Of a DNA stretch of 64,000 bases, positions 30,592 through 41,366 are shown in pieces. The stretch lies in NCBI GenBank assembly GCA_047285805.1, contig JBJBCN010000002.1:992001-1056000 (forward strand), in the 5' to 3' direction. Position 1 is the stretch's first letter. Every line of letters begins with the position of its first letter. The notes under the pieces were generated by a model. The model was given only the letters and a program-made list of their open reading frames with translations. It was not told the DNA's origin and did no database searches. The DNA comes from Synechococcus sp. Its GTDB lineage: Bacteria; Cyanobacteriota; Cyanobacteriia; PCC-6307; Cyanobiaceae. A program made the position numbers and the translations under genes.

Positions 30592-30819
30592 TCAAGCGCA
30601 AAGGCCCGTAACCGATTCGCTGGACAAATCGGTTAGCTCAGCCACGCTCATGCTCTCGACAGCCATGACCAAAGAGGGCTGCACCTCTTCGGTTTCGATC
30701 GCCACAAGGGTCTGAAGCAGATCGAAGCGATCCTGGGGGGCGAGCTCACCGCTCTTGCTCCAAGCCAAACTCCAGGGGACTGGTGCCGTCATCAGGGGCT
30801 CCCGATAGCGGGTGTTCAT
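30592..30819 (-). CDS. Small hypothetical protein
   Basis: MNTRYREPLMTAPVPWSLAWSKSGELAPQDRFDLL. Confidence 0.55.
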   Translation of the reverse strand: MNTRYREPLMTAPVPWSLAWSKSGELAPQDRFDLLQTLVAIETEEVQPSLVMAVESMSVAELTDLSSESVTGLCA

Positions 30820-31094
30820 TTGCTGACAATGGGACAGCAAATGGGGATCAAGCCTTTTCTTCGGATTCCTTTCGGTCTTACTTCAAGGCCCGTTACCGCT
30901 CCCATCGCTGAAGACAACGGCCTCGAAAACGGGCAACTTCCGTCCTGCAGCGCAGCCCTCCCCCGAGATTCGCTGAAACGCTTGCTGAGTTCTGGGAGGT
31001 CGGCGCTGTAGTCTGACCCTGATTCCAAAAGCTTCCAGGCTCCACACGGAACCCCACAGCATCAACGAATCAGTTTTCAGGTTCCGTCTAAGGA

Positions 31095-31490
31095 ATGACC
31101 ATTTACGTTGGAAACCTCTCGTTCCAAGCCGAACAAGAGGATCTGCTCGACCTGTTCAGCCAGTACGGCGAGGTGAGCAAGTGCAGCCTTCCCCTCGATC
31201 GTGAGACCGGCCGCAAGCGCGGTTTCGCCTTCGTCGAGATGGCGAACGACGCTGACGAGCAGAAAGCTATCGACGATCTGCAGAACGTCGAGTGGATGGG
31301 TCGCATGATCCGCGTCAACAAAGCAACCCCCCGCGAAGGCGGCGGCGGCGGCGGCGGTCGTGGCGGCTACGGCGGCGGCGGCGGCGGCAACCGTGGCGGC
31401 GGCTATGGCGGCGGCGGCGGTCGTGGCGGCTACGGCGGTGGCGGCGGTGGCGGCGGCTACGGCGGCGGCGGCGGCGACAACCGCTGGTGA
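31095..31490 (+). CDS. rbp: RRM RNA-binding protein with Gly-rich tail
   Basis: RNP2 IYVGNL, RNP1 RGFAFVEM, GGY repeats. Confidence 0.95.
   Translation: MTIYVGNLSFQAEQEDLLDLFSQYGEVSKCSLPLDRETGRKRGFAFVEMANDADEQKAIDDLQNVEWMGRMIRVNKATPREGGGGGGGRGGYGGGGGGNRGGGYGGGGGRGGYGGGGGGGGYGGGGGDNRW
31338..31475 (+). repeat. (GGC)n coding repeat, units GGCGGTCGTGGCGGCTAC
   Basis: Tandem GGC codons encoding the GGGGRGGY tail. Confidence 0.9.
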
Positions 31491-31492
31491 TC

Positions 31493-31580
31493 GTGCGGTG
31501 CCCTCGGGCATCACACCTCCCCAACTCACAAGAAAAATCCCCGGCCGGGCTCCATTGGTGCCCGCGTCCAGGGATTTTTT
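31493..31580 (+). ncRNA. Structured 3' element / candidate Yfr1-like sRNA ending in the rbp terminator
   Basis: Hairpin GTGCGGTGCC-CTCG-GGCATCACAC, C-rich linker CTCCCCAACTCAC, terminator AAAAATCCC...GGGATTTTTT. Confidence 0.45.
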
Positions 31581-31617
31581 GATGGATTGAAGTGACCGAT
31601 CCGGCGTTGGACTGCCG

Positions 31618-31824
31618 TCAGATGATGACTTCGAGCTCTTCGTTCTCGATCAGATCCTGCAGTTGATCGCGTTGCCACTCCTTGCAACGCACCTCAGACA
31701 CGGAATGGGTCGGCTGCAGTTCGCCTTCACGCGGTTCCGGCAAGACGCTGCGGAGCGAGCGCCTTCTCAGCTTCGCGGTCCAGCGATGAAAGCGATGAAA
31801 CGATCTCGAACGGGTCATAGACAC
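31618..31824 (-). CDS. Small hypothetical protein
   Basis: Arg-rich N-terminus, acidic C-terminus; convergent on the rbp terminator. Confidence 0.55.
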   Translation of the reverse strand: MSMTRSRSFHRFHRWTAKLRRRSLRSVLPEPREGELQPTHSVSEVRCKEWQRDQLQDLIENEELEVII

Positions 31825-31928
31825 CCTCCTGTTGGAGACACCACGGTTCTAACGCTGGGGAAACAAAGAAATCAGTTCTCCATGAGCAGCTTCATATTGA
31901 ATTCAACCCGGCGCCTTTGAATGGCGCC

Positions 31929-33719
31929 ATGACCCCAGTCCACCCCCCACTGCGCCGCCTGCAGCGCACCCTGAGCCCCCATCGCCGCTTGGTGCGGCTT
32001 GCTGCGCTCTGCTCGGTGCTGAATAAGTTGTTCGACCTGGCGCCACCGGTCTTGATCGCCCTGGCGGTCAACGTGGTGGTGCAGCAGGACACCTCCTGGC
32101 TGGCCAGCTGGGGGGTGACGTCGATCCCCGTGCAACTCGGGGTCCTGGCAGGACTCTCCTTTGTGATCTGGAGCGCGGAATCGCTGTTCGAATACCTCTA
32201 TGCCCTGCTCTGGCGGAACCTGGCCCAGACGGTGCAGCACGAGCTCAGGTTGGAGGCCTACGCCCATCTCCAACGCTTGGAGATGGGCTTTTTCGAATCC
32301 AGCTCCAGTGGCCGCCTGCTGGCGATCCTGAATGACGACATTAACCAGCTCGAGAGATTCCTCGATCATGGCGCCAACGAGGTTCTGCAGCTGATCACAA
32401 CCGTCCTGGCGGTCGGCGGTGCCATGGTCTGGCTCTCACCGGCGGTGGCTGGGGTTTCGTTTTTGCCCATTCCCTTGATCCTGTGGGGCTCACTGCACTT
32501 TCAGAAGCGGCTACAACCGCGCTACCGCGAGGTGCGGGAGCGATCCGGCGATCTGGCCAGCCGCCTCGCCAACAACCTGGGCGGGATGCTGACGATCAAG
32601 AGCTACGCGGCGGAGCAGTGGGAGAGCGAACGTCTGTGCGAGCAGAGCCGTGCGTACCAAACGAGTAATAGCAAGGCGATTCGCCTCTCGGCGGCCTTCA
32701 TCCCGTTGATTCGTTTCGCGATCCTATTTGCCTTCCTGGCGATCTTGGTGATTGGCGGCCTGCAGGCCTGGCGCGGCGCGATCGACGTCGGCACCTATTC
32801 CTTCTTGGTCTTCATCACCCAACGGCTGCTCTGGCCGCTGACCAGCCTGGGGCGCACTCTGGATGACTACCAGCGGGCTATGGCCTCCACCCAGCGGGTT
32901 CTGGATCTGGTCGACACCCAGATCGCGATCCCCAGCGGCGATCGCCCCCTGCCACGCCAGAGCGTGCGGGGTCAGATCCGCTTTGAGGGAGTGAGCTTTG
33001 GCTACAGCGGGCGAGACCTGCTGCTGCGGAACTTTGATCTGGAGATCCCCGCCGGCAGCACCCTGGGGATCGTTGGCGCCACGGGTTCCGGCAAGAGCAC
33101 GATCGTCAAATTGCTGCTGCGCCTCTACGAGCTGCAGAGCGGCACGATCCGCCTCGATGGTCAACCGATCCAGGCGTTGGAACTGGGGGACCTGCGCAAA
33201 GCCATCGGCCTAGTCAGCCAGGAGGTCTTCCTCTTCCACGGGAGCGTGGCCGAGAACATTGCCTACGGCAGCTTTGAGGCCTCACGCTCCGCGATCGAGC
33301 GGGCGGCACAGCTGGCGGAGGCCTCCAGCTTCATTGAGGCCCTGCCCCAGGGGTATTCCACCGTAGTGGGTGAGCGTGGCCAACGGCTCTCCGGGGGGCA
33401 GCGCCAACGCATTGCCCTGGCTCGGGCGATCCTCAAAAACCCTCCCGTGCTGATCTTGGATGAGGCCACTGCGGCGGTGGACAACGAAACAGAGGCCGCC
33501 ATCCAGCGCTCCCTGGATCACATCACCGCCGAGCGCACGACCCTAGTCATCGCCCACCGCCTCTCCACCGTTCGCCATGCCGATCGGATCGTGGTCATGG
33601 ACCAGGGACGGATCGTCGAGAGCGGTAGCCACGAGGAGCTGATCGCGGCCGGCGGGGCTTACGTCAATCTCTGGCGCGTTCAGGCGGGACTGCGCCAGGA
33701 CGAGGCCCTAGCCCTCTAA
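31929..33719 (+). CDS. ABC transporter, fused permease/ATP-binding (MsbA-like exporter)
   Basis: TM domain, GATGSGKS, LSGGQRQR, ILDEAT, IAHRLST. Confidence 0.95.
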   Translation: MTPVHPPLRRLQRTLSPHRRLVRLAALCSVLNKLFDLAPPVLIALAVNVVVQQDTSWLASWGVTSIPVQLGVLAGLSFVIWSAESLFEYLYALLWRNLAQTVQHELRLEAYAHLQRLEMGFFESSSSGRLLAILNDDINQLERFLDHGANEVLQLITTVLAVGGAMVWLSPAVAGVSFLPIPLILWGSLHFQKRLQPRYREVRERSGDLASRLANNLGGMLTIKSYAAEQWESERLCEQSRAYQTSNSKAIRLSAAFIPLIRFAILFAFLAILVIGGLQAWRGAIDVGTYSFLVFITQRLLWPLTSLGRTLDDYQRAMASTQRVLDLVDTQIAIPSGDRPLPRQSVRGQIRFEGVSFGYSGRDLLLRNFDLEIPAGSTLGIVGATGSGKSTIVKLLLRLYELQSGTIRLDGQPIQALELGDLRKAIGLVSQEVFLFHGSVAENIAYGSFEASRSAIERAAQLAEASSFIEALPQGYSTVVGERGQRLSGGQRQRIALARAILKNPPVLILDEATAAVDNETEAAIQRSLDHITAERTTLVIAHRLSTVRHADRIVVMDQGRIVESGSHEELIAAGGAYVNLWRVQAGLRQDEALAL

Positions 33720-33785
33720 CCAGCCTAAGAAGTGGCACCAAAGCAAAGGGCACCACAAGATGGGCGGAAGAAAAAGAAATAAATT

Positions 33786-34727
33786 ATGAGAATGAAGAGT
33801 CCCAGCCTGAAAACAGTCCCAGCCAGCACGATGCCCGGCCGCCGCGACGAACGCGGCGCGATGCTTGCCGCTATTGGCTTTGGGCTGGGTGGTGGACTTC
33901 TTCTGGCCTCGCCTGTGGCGGACTACCTCAGTAGCCCCCAGGTGAGCGAGCGCCATCAGCTCGTTAATCCCTTCAGCAGCTGGAACAGCCTGAGCGAAGC
34001 CGATGTGGTGATCCTCGGGACCGACGTCGGCGGCGGCAACACCGACGTGATCTACACGATGCGTGTGCAGAACGGGGAAACCAAGCTGCTGCAGGTGCCC
34101 CGCGACACCTACATTAAGTCAAGCAGCTTTGGCCCGGTGAAGGCCAATGCCCTCTACGCCTATGGCGGCCCCGAGGCGGTCAAGGCGGAGCTTTCCAAAC
34201 ACCTGGGCCGCCCCGTGCGGCACCACATCCTGGTGAACCTGGCCGTGATTAGGCGCCTCGGAGATGCCCTGGGTGGACTCGAGGTGAACGTGCCCAAGCG
34301 CATGTGGTATCACGACAACACCCAAGGCCTGCAAATCGATCTGCAGCCCGGCCGACAGGTCCTCAAGGGCAGAGACCTCGAAGGCTTCCTGCGCTTCCGC
34401 CACGACGAGATGGGTGACATCGGTCGCCTTGATCGCCAACGGCTGGTGCTGAAGGCCCTCTTCAAACAGATCACCCGTCCGGAGAGCCTGGTGCGGCTTC
34501 CCGCGCTCCTGGCCGTGGCCGGCAGGGACTTGCGCACGGACCTCGGCCCAATGGAGATCGGCGGCCTGATCAGCGCGATGGGCAGCACCGACCTCAACGC
34601 CGAACGCCTCGGGGGCCGGCCCTTCATGCACGAGGGCATCAGCTACTGGAAGGCCGAGTGGCCGGAAGCCACCGCAGTTGGCGCAGCAGCTTCCGGCAGC
34701 ACCGAGCGGTTCAAGTTTCTCTTCTAG
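33786..34727 (+). CDS. LCP (LytR-CpsA-Psr) family protein
   Basis: TM anchor, ILGTD, TDVI, QVPRDT, FLRFRHD, GDIGRLDRQ. Confidence 0.9.
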   Translation: MRMKSPSLKTVPASTMPGRRDERGAMLAAIGFGLGGGLLLASPVADYLSSPQVSERHQLVNPFSSWNSLSEADVVILGTDVGGGNTDVIYTMRVQNGETKLLQVPRDTYIKSSSFGPVKANALYAYGGPEAVKAELSKHLGRPVRHHILVNLAVIRRLGDALGGLEVNVPKRMWYHDNTQGLQIDLQPGRQVLKGRDLEGFLRFRHDEMGDIGRLDRQRLVLKALFKQITRPESLVRLPALLAVAGRDLRTDLGPMEIGGLISAMGSTDLNAERLGGRPFMHEGISYWKAEWPEATAVGAAASGSTERFKFLF

Positions 34728-34942
34728 GGCTCCTCAAGCGTGCCGGAGCGGTAAGCCCCAGGAACGGCAACCAGAAACAGTCCCCACCAGGCCAACACGG
34801 CCACTGCCACCGGTGCGCTGATCCACCAGCGGTGCAGCAGAAACCAGCTGGCAGTAATCACAAGAGCACCGGTCAAAAGGATGGACCAGGGCTGACACCA
34901 CCAGGGTTTCAGGCTCCAGAAGGCGGGTTGGCTCTCAGGCAT
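34724..34942 (-). CDS. Small membrane protein (DUF6737-like)
   Basis: WSLKPWWCQPWSILLTG. Confidence 0.8.
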   Translation of the reverse strand: MPESQPAFWSLKPWWCQPWSILLTGALVITASWFLLHRWWISAPVAVAVLAWWGLFLVAVPGAYRSGTLEEP

Positions 34943-35009
34943 TAATCAAGTGCGAGCTCATCACAGGAGTTCTCCATAAGATCCCAGCAGAACCACGCCG
35001 CCGCGGCCT

Positions 35010-35204
35010 GTGGACGCCCTGCCAGTGCGCAACAGCCTGAAGGTGTTCATCACGGCGGCGATTGGGCTGTGGTTTAAGCGCATCGATTTTGTTTGGTATC
35101 CACTTGTCGCGGTTGTAGTTTTTGTCTATGACAACGATGACCTCACGTTCAAAGCCGCCACCGCTCGAGTCATGGGAACGGTGGTGTGCGGCCTCACTCG
35201 ATGA
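35010..35204 (+). pseudogene. FUSC/aromatic-acid exporter family N-terminal fragment
   Basis: RNSLKVFITAAI...WYPLVAVVV...ARVMGTVVCG (RxxGTxxG motif), truncated at 64 aa. Confidence 0.6.
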
Positions 35205-36178
35205 AGTGCAGGGGACCCCGGCACCTACTGGCCGAGAATCAGCGCGGTAGCGGGCGGAAGCACCGAACAGCTCAGCTCCATCAACACGGCCTTCGTTGGC
35301 AACGGCAACCTGAAGCTGAGTTCTCTGTTTCAACCGGGGGGGCCTATCTCAACCAATCCAGCACCGTTGGGGCGGCCGGCCTGCAGCTGGATTATGCCCT
35401 CTTGGACTTCGCCCGCACCCCCAGGGTGCAGGAGGCCCTGGCGGTCCTGGAGCGGGAGCGCCAGGTCTATGGCAACCAGCTACGGCTCCTGCAGCTGAGC
35501 ATCAGCAAGGACTACTACCAGCTGCAGCAGGCCGATCAGAACGTGAGCATCCAGGACGCTGCGGTGCCAAGATGCCCTGCTGATCCTGCAGGACTCCCTC
35601 GACCTGAAATTGGCGGGCCTCGTGCCCCGCGTGGACGTCCTGCGCCGCCGCTCCATTGAGCCCAGTGACCAAGAGGCCCTGATCCAGGCCATCGCCGATC
35701 GGGCCATCGCGAGGCTGCGGTTGGCCCTGGAGCTGAACCTGCCGACCACGGTCACGCCCAGCGCCAGCGACCCGATCTCGGTGATGCCCCAGTGGCCGTT
35801 GAACCTCGAGCAGAGCCTTGCTGGCCGCCTACCGCGGCCCAACTGCTCCCGCGCCTCGCCCTGTTTGCCGGGGGCAGCAGCCACGGCCAGAACGTCAACC
35901 AGTTCAACATCACCACGAGCAGCGGGGGCTGTTGCGGCTCCACCGTCATCCCCACCTAAACACCGGTTGGTACGACTGGTCCTTCGGCCTGAGAGTCCGC
36001 TGGTTGCTCTTTGACGCCAGGCACCACGAGCGGCGAGACCCGGGCCCTACAACCGCGCGTGGAGGCGGCCGGACAGAACTACGCCGCCCGCCGCAATGCG
36101 ATTCGGCTGCGGCTGGAGGCGGCCTTCTTCAACCACGAGGCCAGCCTGGCCAAGTTGGCCTCAGCCCGGAGCGCCTGA
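35200..36178 (+). pseudogene. TolC family outer membrane efflux protein, multiply frameshifted
   Basis: Pieces in several frames: GLQLDYALLDF, DYYQLQQAD, AGLVPRVDVLR, WSFGLRVRWLLFD, IRLRLEAAFFN. Confidence 0.8.
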
Positions 36179-36474
36179 TCGCAAGCCTTGTGCAGCCGCT
36201 GAACGCCACCGTCGGGGTCAGAATCACATACGGCTAGCTGCGGCGCGAACTGCTGCCGGTGCCGCGGGATCCCTCCGCTCCGCTTACCCCGAAACTCACT
36301 TAGAGAGCGGCCACTCCTGCTCCCAGCGACTAGCCCGTCGGTCGAGTGTTTGCAAGCTCCTTGCCTAATTCCGGATTGCAAATATCGGTCGAGGCGGAAT
36401 TGACCTGCTTCTTTGTCAGCTGCTGGTTCCCTCAGCCCGTTTGCCCATAGGCTTGCGCGAGGTTTTCTGAGCGC

Positions 36475-37887
36475 ATGATCCGCACCATTTGCTGCATTGG
36501 CGCCGGCTACGTGGGTGGCCCGACCATGGCGGTAATCGCGGATCGCTGTCCTGATATCAAGGTCACGGTGGTGGACCTCAACCAGGCGCGCATTGATGCC
36601 TGGAACGACCCGGATCTCTGCAAGCTGCCGGTGTACGAGCCGGGGCTTGATGCCGTCGTTGGTCGTTGCCGTGGACGCAACCTCCACTTCACAACGGCCG
36701 TCGACGCTGCGATTGCGGCGGCAGACATGGTCTTCTTGTCGGTAAACACCCCTACCAAGACGAAGGGCGTTGGCGCCGGTCAAGCGAGTGACCTGCGCTG
36801 GATTGAAGCCTCCGCTCGTCAAGTGGCGGCCTGCGCGCAGGGGCACACGATCGTGGTCGAGAAGAGCACCCTGCCGGTGCGCACGGCCGAGACCGTGAAG
36901 GCCATCCTCAATGCAGCCCAAGGGGAGGTTGCGGGAGCCGGTGCACCCAAAACCTTCTCGGTGCTGTCCAACCCTGAGTTCTTGGCTGAGGGCACGGCGA
37001 TCCCCGATTTGGAAGCCCCTGATCGCGTCTTGATTGGCGGGGAAGACCCCGCCTCGATTGATGCGCTAGCCAGCGTCTATGGCCATTGGGTGCCTCAGGA
37101 GCAGATCCTGCGCACCAACCTCTGGAGCTCTGAGCTCTCCAAACTCACCGCCAACGCGTTCTTGGCGCAGCGCATCAGCTCGATCAACTCGATTGCCGCC
37201 CTCTGTGAGGCCACCGGCGCTGACGTCAATGAGGTTGCCCATGCCATTGGCGCTGATAGCCGCATCGGCGCCAAGTTCCTCAAGGCAGGCCCTGGTTTTG
37301 GTGGCAGCTGCTTCCAGAAGGACATCCTCAATCTGGTGTACCTCTGCGGTCACTACGGCCTCCACGACGTCGCGGCCTACTGGCAGAGCGTGGTGGAGCT
37401 CAACAGCTGGCAGCAGCACCGCATCGCTCAGCTGGTGGTGCAGAAGTTGTTCGGCACCGTGACCGGTAAGCGCATCGCCGTGCTTGGTTTTGCCTTCAAA
37501 GCGGACACCAACGACACCCGTGAAGCACCTGCGATTCGCATCTGTCAGGACCTGCTGGAGGAGGGTGCCCAACTAGCCATCTACGACCCCAAGGTCCCCG
37601 AAACCCAGATTGCGTCTGACCTTGGTTGCCAGCCAATTAGCTCCTCCATGGGCAGCCCCCTCAGCGGAGATGGCGTGTGGCATCGCGTGACCTCGCCCGC
37701 AGAGGCCGTTGCTCAGGCCGACGCGATCCTGATCCTCACGGAGTGGACGAGTTTCGCGGAGCTCAACTGGCAGGACTTAGCAGGGCGGATGCGCAAGCCG
37801 GCTTGGCTGTTTGATGCTCGCTCCATTGCTGATCTTGCGGCTGCCCAAGCAGCTGGACTGCAAGTTTGGCGCGTCGGTTGCGGCTGA
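36475..37887 (+). CDS. ugd: UDP-glucose 6-dehydrogenase
   Basis: [47 protein letters not shown]. Confidence 0.95.
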   Translation: MIRTICCIGAGYVGGPTMAVIADRCPDIKVTVVDLNQARIDAWNDPDLCKLPVYEPGLDAVVGRCRGRNLHFTTAVDAAIAAADMVFLSVNTPTKTKGVGAGQASDLRWIEASARQVAACAQGHTIVVEKSTLPVRTAETVKAILNAAQGEVAGAGAPKTFSVLSNPEFLAEGTAIPDLEAPDRVLIGGEDPASIDALASVYGHWVPQEQILRTNLWSSELSKLTANAFLAQRISSINSIAALCEATGADVNEVAHAIGADSRIGAKFLKAGPGFGGSCFQKDILNLVYLCGHYGLHDVAAYWQSVVELNSWQQHRIAQLVVQKLFGTVTGKRIAVLGFAFKADTNDTREAPAIRICQDLLEEGAQLAIYDPKVPETQIASDLGCQPISSSMGSPLSGDGVWHRVTSPAEAVAQADAILILTEWTSFAELNWQDLAGRMRKPAWLFDARSIADLAAAQAAGLQVWRVGCG

Positions 37888-37912
37888 ACGAGCGCGCACT
37901 AAGGCTTGGGGT

Positions 37913-38935
37913 TTATCGGAGACCAATCAACTCCCGATGCGCTTTGACCCAAGACGCAAAGTGCTCTAAGCCCTGATGCAACGGCGTGCTCGGTTGGAAG
38001 CTGACCCAGGCCTCCAGAGCTGAGGTGTCAGCGGCAGTGGCGATCACATCACCCGGTTGCATCGGTTGAAAGCTCTTGACCGCTTCAACGCCCAAAGCCT
38101 GCTCCAGCAGCTCAATGAAGCGCAGCAGAGGCGTCGGCTGGGAGTTGCCGATGTTGAACAGCCTGTGAGGCACTGCTGCAGTGGCGGGATTGGGATCGAG
38201 CGGATCGAATCCGGGATCAGCGGTGGCAGGTTTCTTCAGGCATCGGATCACACCTTCGACAATGTCATCGATGTAGGTGAAGTCCCGCTGCATCTGGCCC
38301 TGGTTGAAAACCTTGATGGGCTGCCCCGTGAGGATCGCCTTGGCGAACAGGATCGGAGCCATGTCCGGCCGGCCCCAGGGGCCGTAGACCGTGAAAAAGC
38401 GCAAGCCCGTGGCCGGCAGTCCATAGAGATGGCTGTAGGTATGGGCCATCAGCTCGTTGGCCTTTTTGGTTGCGGCATAGAGACTGACCGGGTGGTTGAC
38501 CGGGTGTTGCTCAGAAAAAGGCATCTGCCGGTTGCCGCCATACACCGAGCTGCTTGAGGCATAGACCAGATGCTGGACACCTTGGTGACGGCATCCTTCG
38601 AGAACATTGCCGAAGCCATCCAGGTTGCTCTGGATGTAGGCCGCCGGGTTTTCGATTGAGTAGCGGACCCCAGCCTGGGCGGCCAAATGAACCACGGCCT
38701 TTGGTTTCTGGGCTTCAAATAAATCAGCGATGGCTGCGCCGTTTCCCAGATCCAGTTGACGGAACGACCAGTTGCCACTGGCGGCCTCCAGACGCGCCAA
38801 GCGTGCTCGCTTCAGAGCCGGGTCGTAATAGGCGTTGAGGTTGTCGAGACCGATCACCCGCTCACCGCTCTCCAGCAGGCGCAGCGCCACAGCCGCCCCG
38901 ATGAATCCAGCTGCCCCGGTGACCAGCACCGTCAT
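37913..38935 (-). CDS. NAD-dependent epimerase (UDP-glucuronate 4-epimerase-like)
   Basis: GAAGFIG, HLAAQAGVRYS, ASSSSVYG, YAATK, GPWGRPDMA. Confidence 0.92.
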   Translation of the reverse strand: MTVLVTGAAGFIGAAVALRLLESGERVIGLDNLNAYYDPALKRARLARLEAASGNWSFRQLDLGNGAAIADLFEAQKPKAVVHLAAQAGVRYSIENPAAYIQSNLDGFGNVLEGCRHQGVQHLVYASSSSVYGGNRQMPFSEQHPVNHPVSLYAATKKANELMAHTYSHLYGLPATGLRFFTVYGPWGRPDMAPILFAKAILTGQPIKVFNQGQMQRDFTYIDDIVEGVIRCLKKPATADPGFDPLDPNPATAAVPHRLFNIGNSQPTPLLRFIELLEQALGVEAVKSFQPMQPGDVIATAADTSALEAWVSFQPSTPLHQGLEHFASWVKAHRELIGLR

Positions 38936-39081
38936 TGGCTCTCCACGCGGGGCTTGCGATCGATCATCTAACGGCGCCGCTTGAGTTCCCGCTGCCCGTG
39001 ATTAAAAGGAGGCAATGACGGAGATCCGTTAGGCCAGGGAGCTGTTCAAAGATCACTCAACTTCATCCTGAAGGGCTGGCC

Positions 39082-40101
39082 TCACCTGGAGGGCGGCCAT
39101 ACCTGAAACTGCTCCAGCTGCCGCTGGGCCGTCGCGCTGTCCGTCGCCAGGACATCCGCCAACAACGGTGCAAGCAGTGGGACCTGGGCAAAGCCACCGC
39201 TGAAACCACTGAAGCCAAATAAACCCGGGGCCTCCGGCAGCGGGCCGGCCCAGGGGATCCCGGTTATGGAGAACGCCACGGGCACCTGACGCCAGATCCC
39301 ATCGACCTCACCCAGGTCCTTCCCCAGGGGCGAGGCGCCGATGGCCTGCCACAACTCCTGCTCCATCCCCAGCGGGCGGGCTGGCAAAGCCAGCCCGGGG
39401 GCAAAGCGGCTGATCTGCCCCAGCAGCGCACCGGCGCCGCGTGGCACCAAACCGGCATCGACCACCGAGCACGGGGCCTTCAGCTCCCCACTACGCCGTT
39501 CAACCGCCGGGCGCTGGAACTGGGCCGGAAGCTGCAGGAGCGCTGTTGGGCAGTGAGGCAGCTCGAGAACCCCGGCCCAACTGCTGCGTAGAAGCTCCGG
39601 CCAGGCAGGCCAGAGGCTGCGGCAGGCCGCCCCGGCCGCCAGCACGAGTTGCTCGCTGCGCTGAACGCTCCCATCGCGGCAGGGCACCAGCCACTGGCCT
39701 TGATCCCGCTCGACCCGCAGCGCCTCTGTTATCAGCAGTCGCACGCCGGCTTGATGCAGCACCTCCGGCAAACGGGTGTGAAAGCGGGCAGTATCGACCT
39801 GCGCCGCGGGCAGGGGCACCAAGTGCGCCCAGGGTCTACCGCCATGGAGGGTGAGGCGTGCCTTGGCCCAACCCAGCGCGCCGTAACGCCCCTGTAGGCC
39901 AGACCAGAGCGATGAGGCCTTCGCGACTTGAAGCGCCAGAGCTGAGGTGCCCAGGGGCCAGCCGGGGATCACCCCATAACTCCACTGAGTGGCGGACGGC
40001 TGTTGGGCCTCGATCAAAGAGACCTCGACACCACGTTCCCGCAGGGCCAGGGCCAACAGACCGCCGGCTAGCCCACCACCAACGATCAACACCTCCTTCA
40101 A
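39082..40101 (-). CDS. FAD-dependent oxidoreductase
   Basis: IVGGGLAG, LVLAAGA. Confidence 0.8.
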   Translation of the reverse strand: MKEVLIVGGGLAGGLLALALRERGVEVSLIEAQQPSATQWSYGVIPGWPLGTSALALQVAKASSLWSGLQGRYGALGWAKARLTLHGGRPWAHLVPLPAAQVDTARFHTRLPEVLHQAGVRLLITEALRVERDQGQWLVPCRDGSVQRSEQLVLAAGAACRSLWPAWPELLRSSWAGVLELPHCPTALLQLPAQFQRPAVERRSGELKAPCSVVDAGLVPRGAGALLGQISRFAPGLALPARPLGMEQELWQAIGASPLGKDLGEVDGIWRQVPVAFSITGIPWAGPLPEAPGLFGFSGFSGGFAQVPLLAPLLADVLATDSATAQRQLEQFQVWPPSR

Positions 40102-40112
40102 CGGAGCCGCGA

Positions 40113-40676
40113 TCAGATGCGCAGGGTGAAGGAGGTGATCACCTGATGGAACAGGCCCTGAACCTTGGGCCAGCGCAGTTCGTTGGTGCTAGCGGCAAAG
40201 GTGTAAAGGCGGCCGCGATCCACGACAACAGTCGCAAGCTCATGGCGATCGCGATCGGGCAGATGGACGGCATACTCCAAGTCATAAAAGGTGCGACCGC
40301 CGTCTTCCCGCTCGCGAGCCTCCACCAGTTCCGCCTCACGGCCGCTGCCATCCGGGGCAATGACGACGCGGCGGAGCTTCTCGCCGACAGCCACGGCACT
40401 GCCGAGGTTCTCCAGGTCGTTGGTCTCGTTCACATCGGAGACCACCAGGCTCAAGGTCTCATCGGCGTTGATCAGGTCGTGGAAAACCACCTGGGGCCCT
40501 TCGGTGACCTGCACCCGGGTCCAGCCGGTGGGATAGAGGAAGGCGTAGCGCCCGTCGGGGCTCTGGAAGGAGTTCAGACCCGCCGCGGCCGCACTGCAGC
40601 TAACCAAGACCAAGACCAGCCCAAGGGCCAGGAGACAACGCACTCCTTGGGAGATCCAGCGGGTCAGCACGGCCAT
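40113..40676 (-). CDS. psbP: CyanoP (PsbP-like) lipoprotein
   Basis: LVSC lipobox, [28 protein letters not shown]. Confidence 0.9.
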   Translation of the reverse strand: MAVLTRWISQGVRCLLALGLVLVLVSCSAAAAGLNSFQSPDGRYAFLYPTGWTRVQVTEGPQVVFHDLINADETLSLVVSDVNETNDLENLGSAVAVGEKLRRVVIAPDGSGREAELVEAREREDGGRTFYDLEYAVHLPDRDRHELATVVVDRGRLYTFAASTNELRWPKVQGLFHQVITSFTLRI

Positions 40677-40726
40677 TGATCGACGCTTTAGCGCGGCCAT
40701 TCTCACGCGCCGGCGCTTCGCTTGCG

Positions 40727-41362
40727 ATGCCTCTTAGATTCTCGCTAGTTGCCCAACGGGATCTGAGCGGCTTCACCAGACCCCTGGCACGGCTGATCGA
40801 TCAGTTCGAGCGGCTCCCCGGCATCGGGCCTCGCACAGCCCAGCGGCTGGCGCTGCACCTGTTGAACCAGCCCAGCGAACAGATCCAGGCCTTCGCGGAT
40901 GCCCTGCTAGCGGCCCGCAGCCAGGTGGGCCAATGCCAACGCTGCTTCCACCTCTCCGCTGATTCCCTCTGCGAGATCTGCCGCAACGAAACGCGGAACA
41001 CGGGAGTGATCTGTGTGGTCGCCGATTCCCGCGACCTGCTGGCCCTCGAGCGCACCCGTGAATTCAAAGGGAGCTACCACGTCCTAGGCGGGCTGATCTC
41101 GCCGATGGACGGGATCGGTCCGGAGCTCCTACACATACAGCCGCTCGTGGAACGGGTGGACCGCTATGGCATCAAGGAGGTCATCCTGGCCCTCACCCCC
41201 AGTGTCGAGGGGGACACCACCAGCCTCTATCTGGCCCGCCTGCTGAAACCCTTCACCCAGGTCAGCCGCATCGCCTACGGGCTGCCGGTGGGCAGCGAAC
41301 TGGAGTACGCCGATGAGGTGACCCTGGCGCGGGCCCTAGAGGGCCGGCGGCGGATGGAGTGA
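40727..41362 (+). CDS. recR: Recombination protein RecR
   Basis: [14 protein letters not shown]4 zinc finger, [15 protein letters not shown]; start uncertain. Confidence 0.95.
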   Translation: MPLRFSLVAQRDLSGFTRPLARLIDQFERLPGIGPRTAQRLALHLLNQPSEQIQAFADALLAARSQVGQCQRCFHLSADSLCEICRNETRNTGVICVVADSRDLLALERTREFKGSYHVLGGLISPMDGIGPELLHIQPLVERVDRYGIKEVILALTPSVEGDTTSLYLARLLKPFTQVSRIAYGLPVGSELEYADEVTLARALEGRRRME

Positions 41363-41366
41363 CCTC

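Noticed and set aside
31338..31475. Tandem repeat considered as CRISPR or mobile repeat
   Set aside because: It is in-frame Gly-rich coding sequence with no unique spacers, and there are no cas genes
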